Assembly: GCA_050251945.1 (NCBI GenBank)
Contig: JBFWLW010000005.1
Span: forward strand, 160,001 to 224,000
DNA length: 64,000 nucleotides
Direction of reading: 5' to 3'
Source of the DNA: Deferribacterales bacterium
GTDB lineage: Bacteria; Chrysiogenota; Deferribacteres; Deferribacterales; Geovibrionaceae
Shown here: positions 12,952 to 22,465 of the stretch, one piece after another
How the letters are laid out: the number at the start of each line of letters is the position of its first letter
Position numbering within the stretch: the first letter of the stretch is position 1
Made by a program: the position numbers and the translations under genes
Notes under the pieces: generated by a model
What the model was told of the DNA's origin: nothing
The model's database searches: none
Seen by the model: only the letters and a program-made list of their open reading frames with translations

Positions 12952-13188
12952 ATGATAGGTTTCGGTCTTGTCACTCTCGCTTTTATGATCTTCGGGCTTG
13001 CCGCCGCAGTGCTGTTTATATGGACCATAGTTGATATCATCCGTTCCGATTTTAAAGACGGCGCAACCAAGATAGTTTGGATAATCGCTGTTATAGCCTT
13101 CAATTTTCTCGCAATAATAATATACCTGATTTTCGGGAAAGAAACAAAGGTGAAACCGCAAAAATCATCAAATCCGATGGTTGACTGA
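12952..13188 (+). CDS. Small membrane protein (PLDc N-terminal-like)
   Basis: AGGAG RBS; W..VDIIRSDF..KIVW..IIYLIFG pattern, two TM segments. Confidence 0.75.
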   Translation: MIGFGLVTLAFMIFGLAAAVLFIWTIVDIIRSDFKDGATKIVWIIAVIAFNFLAIIIYLIFGKETKVKPQKSSNPMVD

Positions 13189-13310
13189 TTAACCTCGGAA
13201 CATGAATGTGCCTTTTTCACAATTGCTCATTATCGTGGTGGTTTGCAGTTGACAATTTCTTGTTGCGGTGGTTTTATTGTTTAACATTTATTAAAATATA
13301 GGTTTATCCG

Positions 13311-16300
13311 ATGCACAGGTCTCTTTCGGGAAAGTGGCTTTTTGCGAGTCTCTTTCTTCTTTTTTTGATTGATATAATATTTGTGTGTTTCAGTTATTTC
13401 ACCTCAAAGGACGGACTTCTGAGGGAGACAGGAAACGAGACCGTATCTGCTGAACAGATGTTTACTTCCAGTATGGAATTCTCCGCAAGATATATGCAGG
13501 AGATAGCCACATTCATAGCATCCGACAGTAAAACTCAGGAACTTTTCTATAAAGGTGTGAAGGCGGCACAGTCCGGCGACACAGATCTTGAAAATAAATG
13601 CCGCGAACAGCTTTACGACCATCTGAAAGATGGCTGGAACCAGCTTCACGGTATTTACGGAATAACACAGATTCATTTTTTTCTCCCCGACGGTGCAACT
13701 TCTTTTCTCCGTATGCACAAGCCGGGTAATTTCGGCGACGATCTGCACCACGTCCGTTTTTCAATCGTTGACGCCAACAGCACGAAAAGCAAAAAAATGG
13801 GGTTCGAGGTCGGTCGTGTTGAAGCCGGCATACGCGGCGTAATTCCTTTCTTCTACGCTGAGGCTGGGAAAGAGCCGGAGCATATCGGTGCAATAGAGGT
13901 ATGTTCCTCCTTTGACACCATACTTCGGACTCTGAAAAACTCTCTGTCCGCAGATCTGGCGGTGTATCTTTCAACGGAAAAACTCAGGCAAACTATGTGG
14001 CAGTACCAGTATATAAAAAAACTCAACGAGGCTTCGCCCGTTAACGGCTATATAGCTGAAGACGCTTCCACCAGCATCGTTCAGGACGAGATAGAGAAGA
14101 ACCATGACTTCGACATATTCAAACGGAGCCGTCCGCGTATCATAGAAGATGGCGGAAAGGTCTATTATCTCAGTTCGTTTCCTTTTTATGATTATGTGAC
14201 CATTCGGGACAAAAAGCACGAACCTGTCGGCTATGTGGTTATAAGAAAGGATATAACCGCCCTATATGCGAAATTCAGACAGAACAACAACATGATGATA
14301 GCCTATGCCGCGGCGGCGTATGTGATAGTGGTTCTTTGCGGTTATGCGGCATGGAGATACGGTTCGCGGATGTTTATGGACATCATCAACCAGCGGACAG
14401 ACGAGCTTATCGCTGCAAAGGTTGAGGCGGAACTTGCAAACAGGGCAAAGAGCGAATTTCTTGCGAATATGAGTCACGAGATACGCACTCCTATGAACGG
14501 CATTTTAGGTATATCAGACATAATAATGAAGCAGGATATACCGGAAAAGATACGCGGACAGGTTGATATACTTAAAAGGTCTGGCAGGATGCTTCTGGGC
14601 ATAGTCAATAATATTCTCGATTTTTCAAAGATAGAGGCGGGCAAGATGCATGTCAGCAAAGAACCCGTGTGTGTGCGCGATGAAGTGAGCGGTATAATCA
14701 ATATGCTAAGCGTCAGCGTGTACGGCAAGGAATTGGAGCTGATTGTCGATTATGAGGACAACATGCCGGAGCGCATCATATCCGACAGAATGTGGTTCGG
14801 ACAGATACTTGTGAATCTTATCGGCAACTCGCTTAAATTCACCGAAAGAGGCAGTATCGTTCTTCAGGTCAGCTATTCACCGGACACGTCTTCGATAGTG
14901 TTCCGTATCAGCGACACCGGCATAGGTATTCCGGAGGATAAGGCGTCGGAACTTTTTAAGCCGTTCTCACAGGCGGGGATATCAACCGGAAAATACGGAG
15001 GCACCGGACTGGGACTGTCGATCTGTAAATCTGTGGTGGACGAGCTTGACGGTGAAATAGGTTTTTATAACAATGAAGACGCCGGATGTACCTTCTGGTT
15101 CACTCAGCCTGTGGACAGAGCATCGAATATCGTAAGCGTCCGCCGTGATCTTTCGGACATTTCATTCCAGATAATGGTCAGAGACCCGAAACTGGAGAAG
15201 TGGATAATAAGCTGTCTTGTGGACTGCGGAGCATTATATAAAGGGTCTTATCTCAAAGATCCGGTTAATCGAGAAACGCCGGAATTTGTCATAATAGCGG
15301 ATGCGGATCTGTTTTTTAATACGGAGCTGAACGGGCGGCACAGTGGATTTCACACAGGCAGTATCCGTTATATCCTTCTGGAGAAGGGCGCGGATTCGTC
15401 GCTTCCTTTTGAAAACATAGATTATATGCGGTTTTCCGTGCTGGCAAAACCTATGGACGACGAACGGCTCATCTCCGAAACGCTGGAGTTCAGGGCTGAA
15501 GGCAGCAGCAGGGAGAAACGCAGCGAATATGATAATATTTTCAACGGCTATCGTGTTCTTGTGGCAGAGGACAACGAGATAAACCGTCAGGTCATCTCCA
15601 TATACCTGAAAATATGGGGGTGTGAGTTTGTCATGACTGATAACGGAAAACAGGCTGTGGATATCGCCGTTAACGGCGGGTTCGACCTCATAATTATGGA
15701 TTGTCTGATGCCTGTTATGGACGGATATCAGGCGACGGAAGTGATACGCAACATCGAACGGGCGAAAAAATCGCACCGCGTCCCCATAATAGCCATGACC
15801 GCCAACGCCATGCAAGGCGACAGGGAAATGTGTATCAACGCGGGAATGGACGGGTATATCAGCAAACCATTCAAAGAGGACGAGGCTGTTGAAGAACTCG
15901 GAAAGTGGATAACGCCTCTGATGCCGACGCGAAAGGAAGCGGAAAAAGAGAAGCACGCGGACACCGCGTCGTTTGACAGGGGAACGTTTGATAAACTTTT
16001 CTCCATGCTGGGGGGGAATTTAACGCTTACGCAGGAGTTTGTGACTACCTATCTGCACACCAGCGAACAATATATCAAAGATGTCATTTCGGCTGTTCAG
16101 GCAAAGGACAGCAATCTTATGCTGATGTCTGTTCATTCGCTTAAATCCAGCAGCGCTTCAATGGGCTGTCTGCGTCTGTCGCGGCTTTGCGGCGATGCGC
16201 AGGATATGCTGAAAAACTCGGATAAATTCATTGGAAGCGAACTGGCAAAGCTGATAATTGAAGAGTATAAGCAGTCGTCAGAGCTTCTGGAGGAATATTT

Positions 16301-16334
16301 TAAAGAGATTCAGGATGCATCCTCCGGCTCATAG
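13311..16334 (+). CDS. Hybrid sensor histidine kinase (Cache-HisKA-HATPase-REC-HPt)
   Basis: [32 protein letters not shown] receiver, HSLKSSS HPt. Confidence 0.93.
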   Translation: MHRSLSGKWLFASLFLLFLIDIIFVCFSYFTSKDGLLRETGNETVSAEQMFTSSMEFSARYMQEIATFIASDSKTQELFYKGVKAAQSGDTDLENKCREQLYDHLKDGWNQLHGIYGITQIHFFLPDGATSFLRMHKPGNFGDDLHHVRFSIVDANSTKSKKMGFEVGRVEAGIRGVIPFFYAEAGKEPEHIGAIEVCSSFDTILRTLKNSLSADLAVYLSTEKLRQTMWQYQYIKKLNEASPVNGYIAEDASTSIVQDEIEKNHDFDIFKRSRPRIIEDGGKVYYLSSFPFYDYVTIRDKKHEPVGYVVIRKDITALYAKFRQNNNMMIAYAAAAYVIVVLCGYAAWRYGSRMFMDIINQRTDELIAAKVEAELANRAKSEFLANMSHEIRTPMNGILGISDIIMKQDIPEKIRGQVDILKRSGRMLLGIVNNILDFSKIEAGKMHVSKEPVCVRDEVSGIINMLSVSVYGKELELIVDYEDNMPERIISDRMWFGQILVNLIGNSLKFTERGSIVLQVSYSPDTSSIVFRISDTGIGIPEDKASELFKPFSQAGISTGKYGGTGLGLSICKSVVDELDGEIGFYNNEDAGCTFWFTQPVDRASNIVSVRRDLSDISFQIMVRDPKLEKWIISCLVDCGALYKGSYLKDPVNRETPEFVIIADADLFFNTELNGRHSGFHTGSIRYILLEKGADSSLPFENIDYMRFSVLAKPMDDERLISETLEFRAEGSSREKRSEYDNIFNGYRVLVAEDNEINRQVISIYLKIWGCEFVMTDNGKQAVDIAVNGGFDLIIMDCLMPVMDGYQATEVIRNIERAKKSHRVPIIAMTANAMQGDREMCINAGMDGYISKPFKEDEAVEELGKWITPLMPTRKEAEKEKHADTASFDRGTFDKLFSMLGGNLTLTQEFVTTYLHTSEQYIKDVISAVQAKDSNLMLMSVHSLKSSSASMGCLRLSRLCGDAQDMLKNSDKFIGSELAKLIIEEYKQSSELLEEYFKEIQDASSGS

Positions 16335-18673
16335 ATGCACGTTGAGTTGCGCCCTTTCTCTTTCGCTTTTGAAAGTGCTTCTTCCGCGTTTTTCATAAGG
16401 GTTATCTCATTGCTGCCGTGTTCGGGGAATATAACGGCTCCGATGCTCACTGTTATGCTGAGATCGTACCCTTCGACATAGAAGGGTTCTTCAAAGAGAG
16501 TCCTTATCTTTTCCGCTTTTTCAAACAGGTCGTTTCTGTCTGATATCCTCGGCAGAAGTATTGCAAATTCGTCTCCCGCAACCCTGCTGACGGAATTTTC
16601 CGCCGCCTGTTTCATTCTGTCCGCGGCGTTTTTAAGCACTATGTCACCGGCGCTGAATCCGAATGACGAGTTTATTCTTTTAAAGCCGTCCATGCCCGCA
16701 ATGAGCAGCGCGCCCGATGCATCTACAAGTTTTGCCGCCTCTATTTCGTCTTCCAGTCTGGCTGTAAAGAATTCGCGTTTAGGCAGTCCGGTTATGTTGT
16801 CGAATTTTTTCATCTCCGCGATGCTTGACTCAAACTGCTTGCGCTGGCTTATATCTCTCGTGACACCGATAAGTCCTATAAACTCGTTTTTTTCATTATA
16901 CATCCCCGTGACGTTCACATCCGACCAGATGGTGGAACCGTTTTTGCACGGCTGTTCCAGATCGGCACGGAATCCGGGGAAGGGCAAATCGTTCGCAAGA
17001 CATTCCCTCAGAAGCCTCAGTCCCTCCGTCACAATCATCTGCGATTCGGGCATCAGAACTTTTTCCAGCGGCTGCTCCATTACCTCTTCGGGGGTGTATC
17101 CGCGCGCCTTTTTTACGGACGGGCTTATATATGTGAATTTACCGTTCAGATCCATTGTCCAGATAACGTCAAGGCTGTTGTCTGCCAGCAGTCTGTGGCG
17201 CTCCTCGCTTATGCGGAGCTGGTCTCTGGTTACCTTGTTTTCAGTTATGTCAATGGCTGTTCCTATTACGTACATTTCGCCGTTATACGTTATTGTTCTG
17301 CCTGAATGGTCTATCCACCTGACCTCTCCGTTTTTTTTGCGTATTTTCATTTCATATCTGTCGGGTACGTTTTCGCCCCTTGCCCTTGCACGGGTTCTCT
17401 CTTTGGCTATTTCTCTGAAATCGGGGTGGACGAACTCAAATTCATCCATCTGTAAAAGTTCCTCTTTGGAGTATCCCGTAAGCTCGCTTATTGCTTTATT
17501 TGCCGTGATTATCCTTGAACCTTTAAGCATATAGATGGCTGCGGTGGCGTTTTCAACAAGTGTGAGGTATTGTTCCTGAGCCTCTGTCAGTTCGTTCTTT
17601 ATCTTTTCGTCCGCGTTCCGTGTCATTTTCATTTTTCTGAACAGCATATAAATATAGATGAGAAGCCCTGCGGCAATGATTACAAGCCCTGCGATAATGA
17701 AGACGTTAAAGAGCGGCAGGTTCTCCTTTTTTTCGGGTTCATAGAGGAAGCCTTTAAAGCTGAAATCATGATCCAGCATACCGAGGCTTTTATAAACGTT
17801 TGCGATATGCTGCCAGCGTCCGGGGTTCATATATCCTATCTCAATAAGTTCCGGCTTGAGCATTTCGTCCATTTCTATTGCTTCGTGGAGATAAAAGTCT
17901 TTCGGATGTTTGGAGGAATATTTGTTGTAGATGATGTCCACGACCTCTTCCTTGTGCGTCATGGCGTAATACCAGCCTTTAAGGGACGCGCGGCGGAAAG
18001 CTTCCACAGTGTCGGAGTTGTTCTTTATCATGTATTCAGAAGTGAACAGGTTGTCTCCGTAAAAATCTATTCCTGCGGCTCTGGGGTCGAACACCTGATA
18101 GGGTATATTCTCTTTTTCCAGATAATAAGTTTCGTTCGTAACATATGCGGAGATGGCATCGACACGATGGTCAATGAGGTCGCGGACTTCAAAGCTGTGC
18201 GGGATGAATCTGATGTCCTTAGGCGATATCTTTTCGCTTTGAAGATAGGCAAGAAGCTCTTCGGACTGTCTTTCAAACATGACCTTTTTGCCGACAAGAT
18301 CGTGTATGGTCTTAACTCTGTTATTTTCCTGCAATGCCAGTATCACAAGGGGGGAGTGCTGAAATATCACGGCGAGAACGACTACGGGCTGATTGTTCTG
18401 TCTTTCCAGCAGCAGACTGTTCGTGCCGACGCCGAACTGAGCTTTTCCGCTCAGCACTTCGCCTATGACGTCGGATTCCGGCTGCGCTTCTTTGATGGTT
18501 ACGTCAAGCCCTGCGTCGCTGTAAAATCCCTTCTCTTTTGCCGCGTAATATCCGGCAAACTGGAATGCATGCGTCCATTTAAGCTGAAGGGTGATCTTCT
18601 GCTTTTCCTGCGCGCATACCGGAAAGACGGATATGATTGACAGCAATACCCCTAAAATAACTGATCTGACCAA
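16310..18673 (-). CDS. NMT1/THI5-like periplasmic sensor - PAS - PAS - GGDEF protein
   Basis: Signal peptide, [17 protein letters not shown] segment, two PAS/PAC, AGDEF motif, KEKGRN end. Confidence 0.88.
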   Translation of the reverse strand: MVRSVILGVLLSIISVFPVCAQEKQKITLQLKWTHAFQFAGYYAAKEKGFYSDAGLDVTIKEAQPESDVIGEVLSGKAQFGVGTNSLLLERQNNQPVVVLAVIFQHSPLVILALQENNRVKTIHDLVGKKVMFERQSEELLAYLQSEKISPKDIRFIPHSFEVRDLIDHRVDAISAYVTNETYYLEKENIPYQVFDPRAAGIDFYGDNLFTSEYMIKNNSDTVEAFRRASLKGWYYAMTHKEEVVDIIYNKYSSKHPKDFYLHEAIEMDEMLKPELIEIGYMNPGRWQHIANVYKSLGMLDHDFSFKGFLYEPEKKENLPLFNVFIIAGLVIIAAGLLIYIYMLFRKMKMTRNADEKIKNELTEAQEQYLTLVENATAAIYMLKGSRIITANKAISELTGYSKEELLQMDEFEFVHPDFREIAKERTRARARGENVPDRYEMKIRKKNGEVRWIDHSGRTITYNGEMYVIGTAIDITENKVTRDQLRISEERHRLLADNSLDVIWTMDLNGKFTYISPSVKKARGYTPEEVMEQPLEKVLMPESQMIVTEGLRLLRECLANDLPFPGFRADLEQPCKNGSTIWSDVNVTGMYNEKNEFIGLIGVTRDISQRKQFESSIAEMKKFDNITGLPKREFFTARLEDEIEAAKLVDASGALLIAGMDGFKRINSSFGFSAGDIVLKNAADRMKQAAENSVSRVAGDEFAILLPRISDRNDLFEKAEKIRTLFEEPFYVEGYDLSITVSIGAVIFPEHGSNEITLMKNAEEALSKAKEKGRNSTCIYEPEDAS

Positions 18674-18726
18674 ATGAAACTCCGATAGATGAAAATATCT
18701 ACTTATATTCTAGCAGATTACTAAAA

Positions 18727-19743
18727 CTATAGTTGGAAAAATTTCTTCATATCCATAGAAATTTTTTCACCTGCCCGGAGCATTGTGCGAAGCTGCATAA
18801 GTTTTGCATCGACAGCCTGCAGAACCTCAAGCCCTGCCAGTTCATCTTTATCCGTTTCAATGATCGTTTTAACGCCGCCGTTGTGAATGGCGAGCCTTCT
18901 GTTGCCCAACAGTGCCAGTATGGGGTCGTGGGTGGACATCAGAACTATTTTTTCTTTTTTAACAAGCAGTTCAAGCGCTTTTCGCCTGTCCACACCGGCG
19001 TTCTCTATCTCGTCGATAAGCACTATAGGGGATGAACTGAGCATTGCCGTATCCGCTATCATAAGCGCTCTTGACTGACCGCCTGAAAGCTGTGTCAGAG
19101 CTGTTTCGTATGTGAAGGTTTCCCCTGCAAGTTCGTTTGCGCAGGTTATCACGGCTTCCACTGTGGCTTCGATGTCGGGTATCATGCGGCTTGATGCGTG
19201 CAGGGCGATGAACTCGCCGACACTCATGTCCACAACGAAGTTCATGTTCTGAGAAAGCTGTGCTACCAGCTTGTTTTCCAGACGGAACCTGTTTTCGCCG
19301 TCCAGTATCTTTCCGTTAACCATAACGGTTCGTTCCGTGGGTGTGTCTTTCTGTGCGAAACACTCAATGTCTGCCAGCAGACGGCTCTTGCCTGAACCGG
19401 TGGTTCCGACGATGCAGAGTATGTCGCCGGGTTTCAGTGTCAGTTCAAAGTTTTCCGGTGTGCCGGATTTGTCCTTTCCGCCTATGATTGTGACGCTGTG
19501 AACGGAACGTTCCGCGGTGCTTTTCAGCATTGCCGCCTGTTTCAGAAACTCTATAAAGTGGGATGATATCTGCTCTTTCGAGAATCCTTTGTCTTCAAGT
19601 GTTTCTTCGTTCAGCGCGTCAATTATCTCTCTGGGGGTAAGCGCGCTGTCCGCAACGGATACGCCCACGGAGCGGAAATAGTCCATAGCATAGGGGTGTT
19701 CTTCCGTTATCACCGCTATGGGGGTGTTCATCAGTTCTGTCAT
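18727..19743 (-). CDS. Soluble ABC-type ATPase with N-terminal DUF1858-like segment
   Basis: GTTGSGKS, LSGGQ, VLIDE, STHD motifs; N-term PIAVITEEHPYAMDYFRSVG. Confidence 0.85.
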   Translation of the reverse strand: MTELMNTPIAVITEEHPYAMDYFRSVGVSVADSALTPREIIDALNEETLEDKGFSKEQISSHFIEFLKQAAMLKSTAERSVHSVTIIGGKDKSGTPENFELTLKPGDILCIVGTTGSGKSRLLADIECFAQKDTPTERTVMVNGKILDGENRFRLENKLVAQLSQNMNFVVDMSVGEFIALHASSRMIPDIEATVEAVITCANELAGETFTYETALTQLSGGQSRALMIADTAMLSSSPIVLIDEIENAGVDRRKALELLVKKEKIVLMSTHDPILALLGNRRLAIHNGGVKTIIETDKDELAGLEVLQAVDAKLMQLRTMLRAGEKISMDMKKFFQL

Positions 19744-20447
19744 ACCGCTGCCTCTTCTTCCTCTTTGAATACCATTTTTTTCACGTTGCCCTTCTGGTGG
19801 TCGGTACCGATGGTCATTTCGCCCACGCAGTAGGGGCAGATGGCGGCTGGCATTGAGAAGCGGAGTTTCGCGCCTTCAAGGCTTTCGACATCCGAAGCCT
19901 TTGAAAAAGCATGTGACAGGTCATATGCGCCCTGTCCTGTGATGCCGTTAACAAATATAACGGATGCTTTCGGGTTTGCCTGACGCACGCGGAAAGAGAA
20001 AACTTCCCGTTCCGCCTGTGAAACTATGTCGCCCTTTGTTATGGCAACCGTGTCGGCATAGCGGAGCATGGGTCCTATTTTTTTGGGTGTGTCAGCTCCT
20101 GCGAGGCAGTCAATCACGCAGACAGCAGGTATCTCTTTTATGTGGGGACTGCATCTGTTGCACAGTCCTGCGCTTTCACTTATGAGCATGTCGAATCCTT
20201 TGCGCTTTGCCCATTGGAGACAGTCGTCAATGTTGCTGACAAAATAGTGGTCGGGGCAGAGGTTGCCCGACAGACCTGTTACGACGGATATTCCCGCTTT
20301 TTTGTAAAGCAGGTGATCGGACGTTGAAAGACAGTCGAATTTCACCACGCCTATTCTGGAATACATCTTTTTAAGATGTACGGCGGTCTTTATTATTACG
20401 GCGGTTTTGCCCGCGGAGGGCGGTCCCGCAACTGTTACAAGTTTCAT
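19740..20447 (-). CDS. Cys-rich P-loop GTPase (HypB/UreG/CobW-like G3E group)
   Basis: GPPSAGKT, KFDCL, LCPDH, ESAGLCNRC, TKGD, C-terminal CPYC; ATG after GAGG. Confidence 0.85.
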   Translation of the reverse strand: MKLVTVAGPPSAGKTAVIIKTAVHLKKMYSRIGVVKFDCLSTSDHLLYKKAGISVVTGLSGNLCPDHYFVSNIDDCLQWAKRKGFDMLISESAGLCNRCSPHIKEIPAVCVIDCLAGADTPKKIGPMLRYADTVAITKGDIVSQAEREVFSFRVRQANPKASVIFVNGITGQGAYDLSHAFSKASDVESLEGAKLRFSMPAAICPYCVGEMTIGTDHQKGNVKKMVFKEEEEAAV

Positions 20448-20460
20448 TAATTTCCTCAAT

Positions 20461-20539
20461 GAGATTGCCTCACCATTTCATGGTTCGCAAAGACAGACAG
20501 ACGTCTCCGCGGGGAAGCGCCAGCTTCAGAAGCAGTCTG
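20461..20539. repeat. Inverted REP pair inside the operon
   Basis: Revcomp of 20461-20494 = GTCTTTGCGA-ACCAT-GAA-ATGGT-GAGGCAATCTC; degenerate partner 20503-20539. Confidence 0.8.
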
Positions 20540-20541
20540 TT

Positions 20542-21801
20542 TTATTTGTTCACCAGTATCTGAAATTTACGTTTACCGTGAGAGCTGTGTTTGCTGACTG
20601 AACCTGCTTCCTTGCGGTATTTTGCGAAGCGGGTGTTCAACTCGTCGGAAAATACTTTCATATCGTGTTCGCGCACAAAGTCCCATCCGAACCATTTCAG
20701 TTTTGTTCCCTGAGGCAGAACGTTCGGCACATCGGGGCATGTTGACGGGAATTTAGCGCCGGAAGAGATGCCGCCCATTACGGAGCCTGTCATGAAGTCA
20801 GTCACAACCTTCATCTTTTCCTCTTTGCCGGCTTTCACCATCATATACATGGGGCTGACAAGGGCGCCCTCTTCGGGGAAGACGATTGATATGTGGTCGG
20901 TGTTGGGGCAGGTGTCTGCAAAGAACCACGCAAGAACGTAGATAGCCGTGCCCTCTTTCATACTGCTGCCTGCGGCTTTCGCCATCTGGGAAGCGTGCCA
21001 TGTGTCCTTTATGTTGCCTGCCATGCTTTTAACGGCTTCTTCGCCGCCGTCCTTATAAATGTGCATAAGGAGGACTTCGTTTATTTCGTCTTCACTGCCG
21101 CTGACGATGATATTGTCCTTGTATATGGGGTTTGCAAGGTCAAGCCAACGCTGAGGAACAGGCAGGTTGCCGAGTTTTTTGTGGTCGATGAGCATGACAT
21201 AAGCTGAGAACGAATAGACGGTGTAATGTTCCAGCGGATCCTTAAGGTCTTTGAATTCCTCGATGTAGGGTTTCGTTTCAACGGCTTTGAAAAGACCTGT
21301 GTCGAGGAAGCGTTCGCGGAAGGGTTTGCGCCAGTATGCGCCGAATCCCAGCGATGCTATCGCGTCGGGCAGGTCGTCTATGTTTTCCGTATCCCATATG
21401 TATTCATAGGGGTCGGGACCGCCGCAGCCCATGGGGACGAAGCTGATGAGCTTTTCGCCCGTTTTTTCGTAATGCCCGTTGAGTGTGCTTTCAAATGCCT
21501 CTTTGAAGAGGTGTTTGAAGGGGCAAACAACGTAGCCGAGGAAATCCGTGCGCACGGCAGGGGTTTCGTCTGTGTAGAGTATTTTGACCTGCGAACAGTT
21601 CTCTGCAGTTTCATTCAGCAGTTTAAGAAATATTCCGGGGTTCAGGCTGCGCAGTTTCATGAAAGATTCAACTGTGAGCGCCGTCATAAAGACGTGGTTA
21701 TTCTGCTCAACGGAGAGACCGTTGGCGATAAATATCGGTCTGGTATCAGGATAGGTTGAGATGACCTCTGAAAGGGTCATTTCGGTGGTGACAAGGGGCA
21801 T
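20542..21801 (-). CDS. DUF1858-like domain + substrate-binding-protein-like fold, no signal peptide
   Basis: GGAGG RBS before MPLVTTEMTLSEVISTYPD; VPQRWLDLANPIYKD and FPEEGALVSP SBP-like motifs; several Cys. Confidence 0.78.
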   Translation of the reverse strand: MPLVTTEMTLSEVISTYPDTRPIFIANGLSVEQNNHVFMTALTVESFMKLRSLNPGIFLKLLNETAENCSQVKILYTDETPAVRTDFLGYVVCPFKHLFKEAFESTLNGHYEKTGEKLISFVPMGCGGPDPYEYIWDTENIDDLPDAIASLGFGAYWRKPFRERFLDTGLFKAVETKPYIEEFKDLKDPLEHYTVYSFSAYVMLIDHKKLGNLPVPQRWLDLANPIYKDNIIVSGSEDEINEVLLMHIYKDGGEEAVKSMAGNIKDTWHASQMAKAAGSSMKEGTAIYVLAWFFADTCPNTDHISIVFPEEGALVSPMYMMVKAGKEEKMKVVTDFMTGSVMGGISSGAKFPSTCPDVPNVLPQGTKLKWFGWDFVREHDMKVFSDELNTRFAKYRKEAGSVSKHSSHGKRKFQILVNK

Positions 21802-22003
21802 AATATTCCTCCGTAAGTCCGCACAAACGGACACGTTTGATTTCTTATATCCTTTCCCCACAAAAGATATCTTATTAATATAGGCATAAGCCATGTTTAG
21901 CAAACACTTTTTTTCCCTGAAAAATCTGACGGAATCCTTACAAATTGCGGAAAGTTTTATGTCACTTCGGTTCTAGATTAGTAAAAAATAACGAGGTGAC
22001 GAC

Positions 22004-22111
22004 ATGACCCTTATATTTTTTCTTGCCGCCGCCGGATATATAATATGGAGAACCGCCCGCATCGCCGAAAGACTCTTCGATGAGATAGCGGACACCGTAA
22101 AAGTTATCTGA
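22004..22111 (+). CDS. Putative 35-aa small membrane protein
   Basis: GAGGTG RBS; MTLIFFLAAAGYIIWRTARIAERLFDEIADTVKVI*; below ORF-track cutoff. Confidence 0.5.
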   Translation: MTLIFFLAAAGYIIWRTARIAERLFDEIADTVKVI

Positions 22112-22133
22112 AAAAGCCGCATCGACACAAAAG

Positions 22134-22160
22134 GTCTTTGCGAGGGCGTCTGTCCGAAGC
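22134..22160 (+). repeat. Degenerate solo REP unit
   Basis: GTCTTTGCGAGGGCGTCTGTCCGAAGC. Confidence 0.55.
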
Positions 22161-22185
22161 GAACTGTTTTTATATGTAAAATCAT

Positions 22186-22215
22186 TTGACAGATTTGGTC
22201 TGAATATGCCAGAAT
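22186..22215 (+). promoter_or_regulatory. Putative sigma70 promoter of riboswitch-nrdD leader
   Basis: TTGACA (22186-22191), 18 nt, CAGAAT (22210-22215) preceded by TG. Confidence 0.5.
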
Positions 22216-22220
22216 GATTC

Positions 22221-22360
22221 ATCGGGATTCAGGGAAGTCCGGTTAAAATCCGGCACTGCCCCCGCAACTGTAATCCGGACGAAATCCTCATTTTAAGTCA
22301 CTGCGAAAGCGGGAAGACGGAGGAGAGTAGGTTGATGGAAAGTCAGGATACCTGCCCCGT
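22221..22360 (+). promoter_or_regulatory. Cobalamin riboswitch
   Basis: AGGGAAGTCCGGTTAAAATCCGGCACTGCCCCCGCAACTGT core, GTCACTG..GGGAAG, B12 box AAGTCAGGATACCTGCC; upstream of B12-independent RNR. Confidence 0.93.
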
Positions 22361-22465
22361 AGTAACCAGCGGAGGGATGGATGATCTTACATCATTCCAT
22401 TAACACAAATCACACTTTATACGTCTCTGTTGTCATACCCTCCCGCTGTGTCCAGAGGAGGAAAT

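Noticed and set aside
21925..21944. Possible Crp/Fnr/HcpR-type site upstream of the SBP-GTPase operon (CTGACG-N6-TTACAA)
   Set aside because: Only one half-site matches; not supportable by eye
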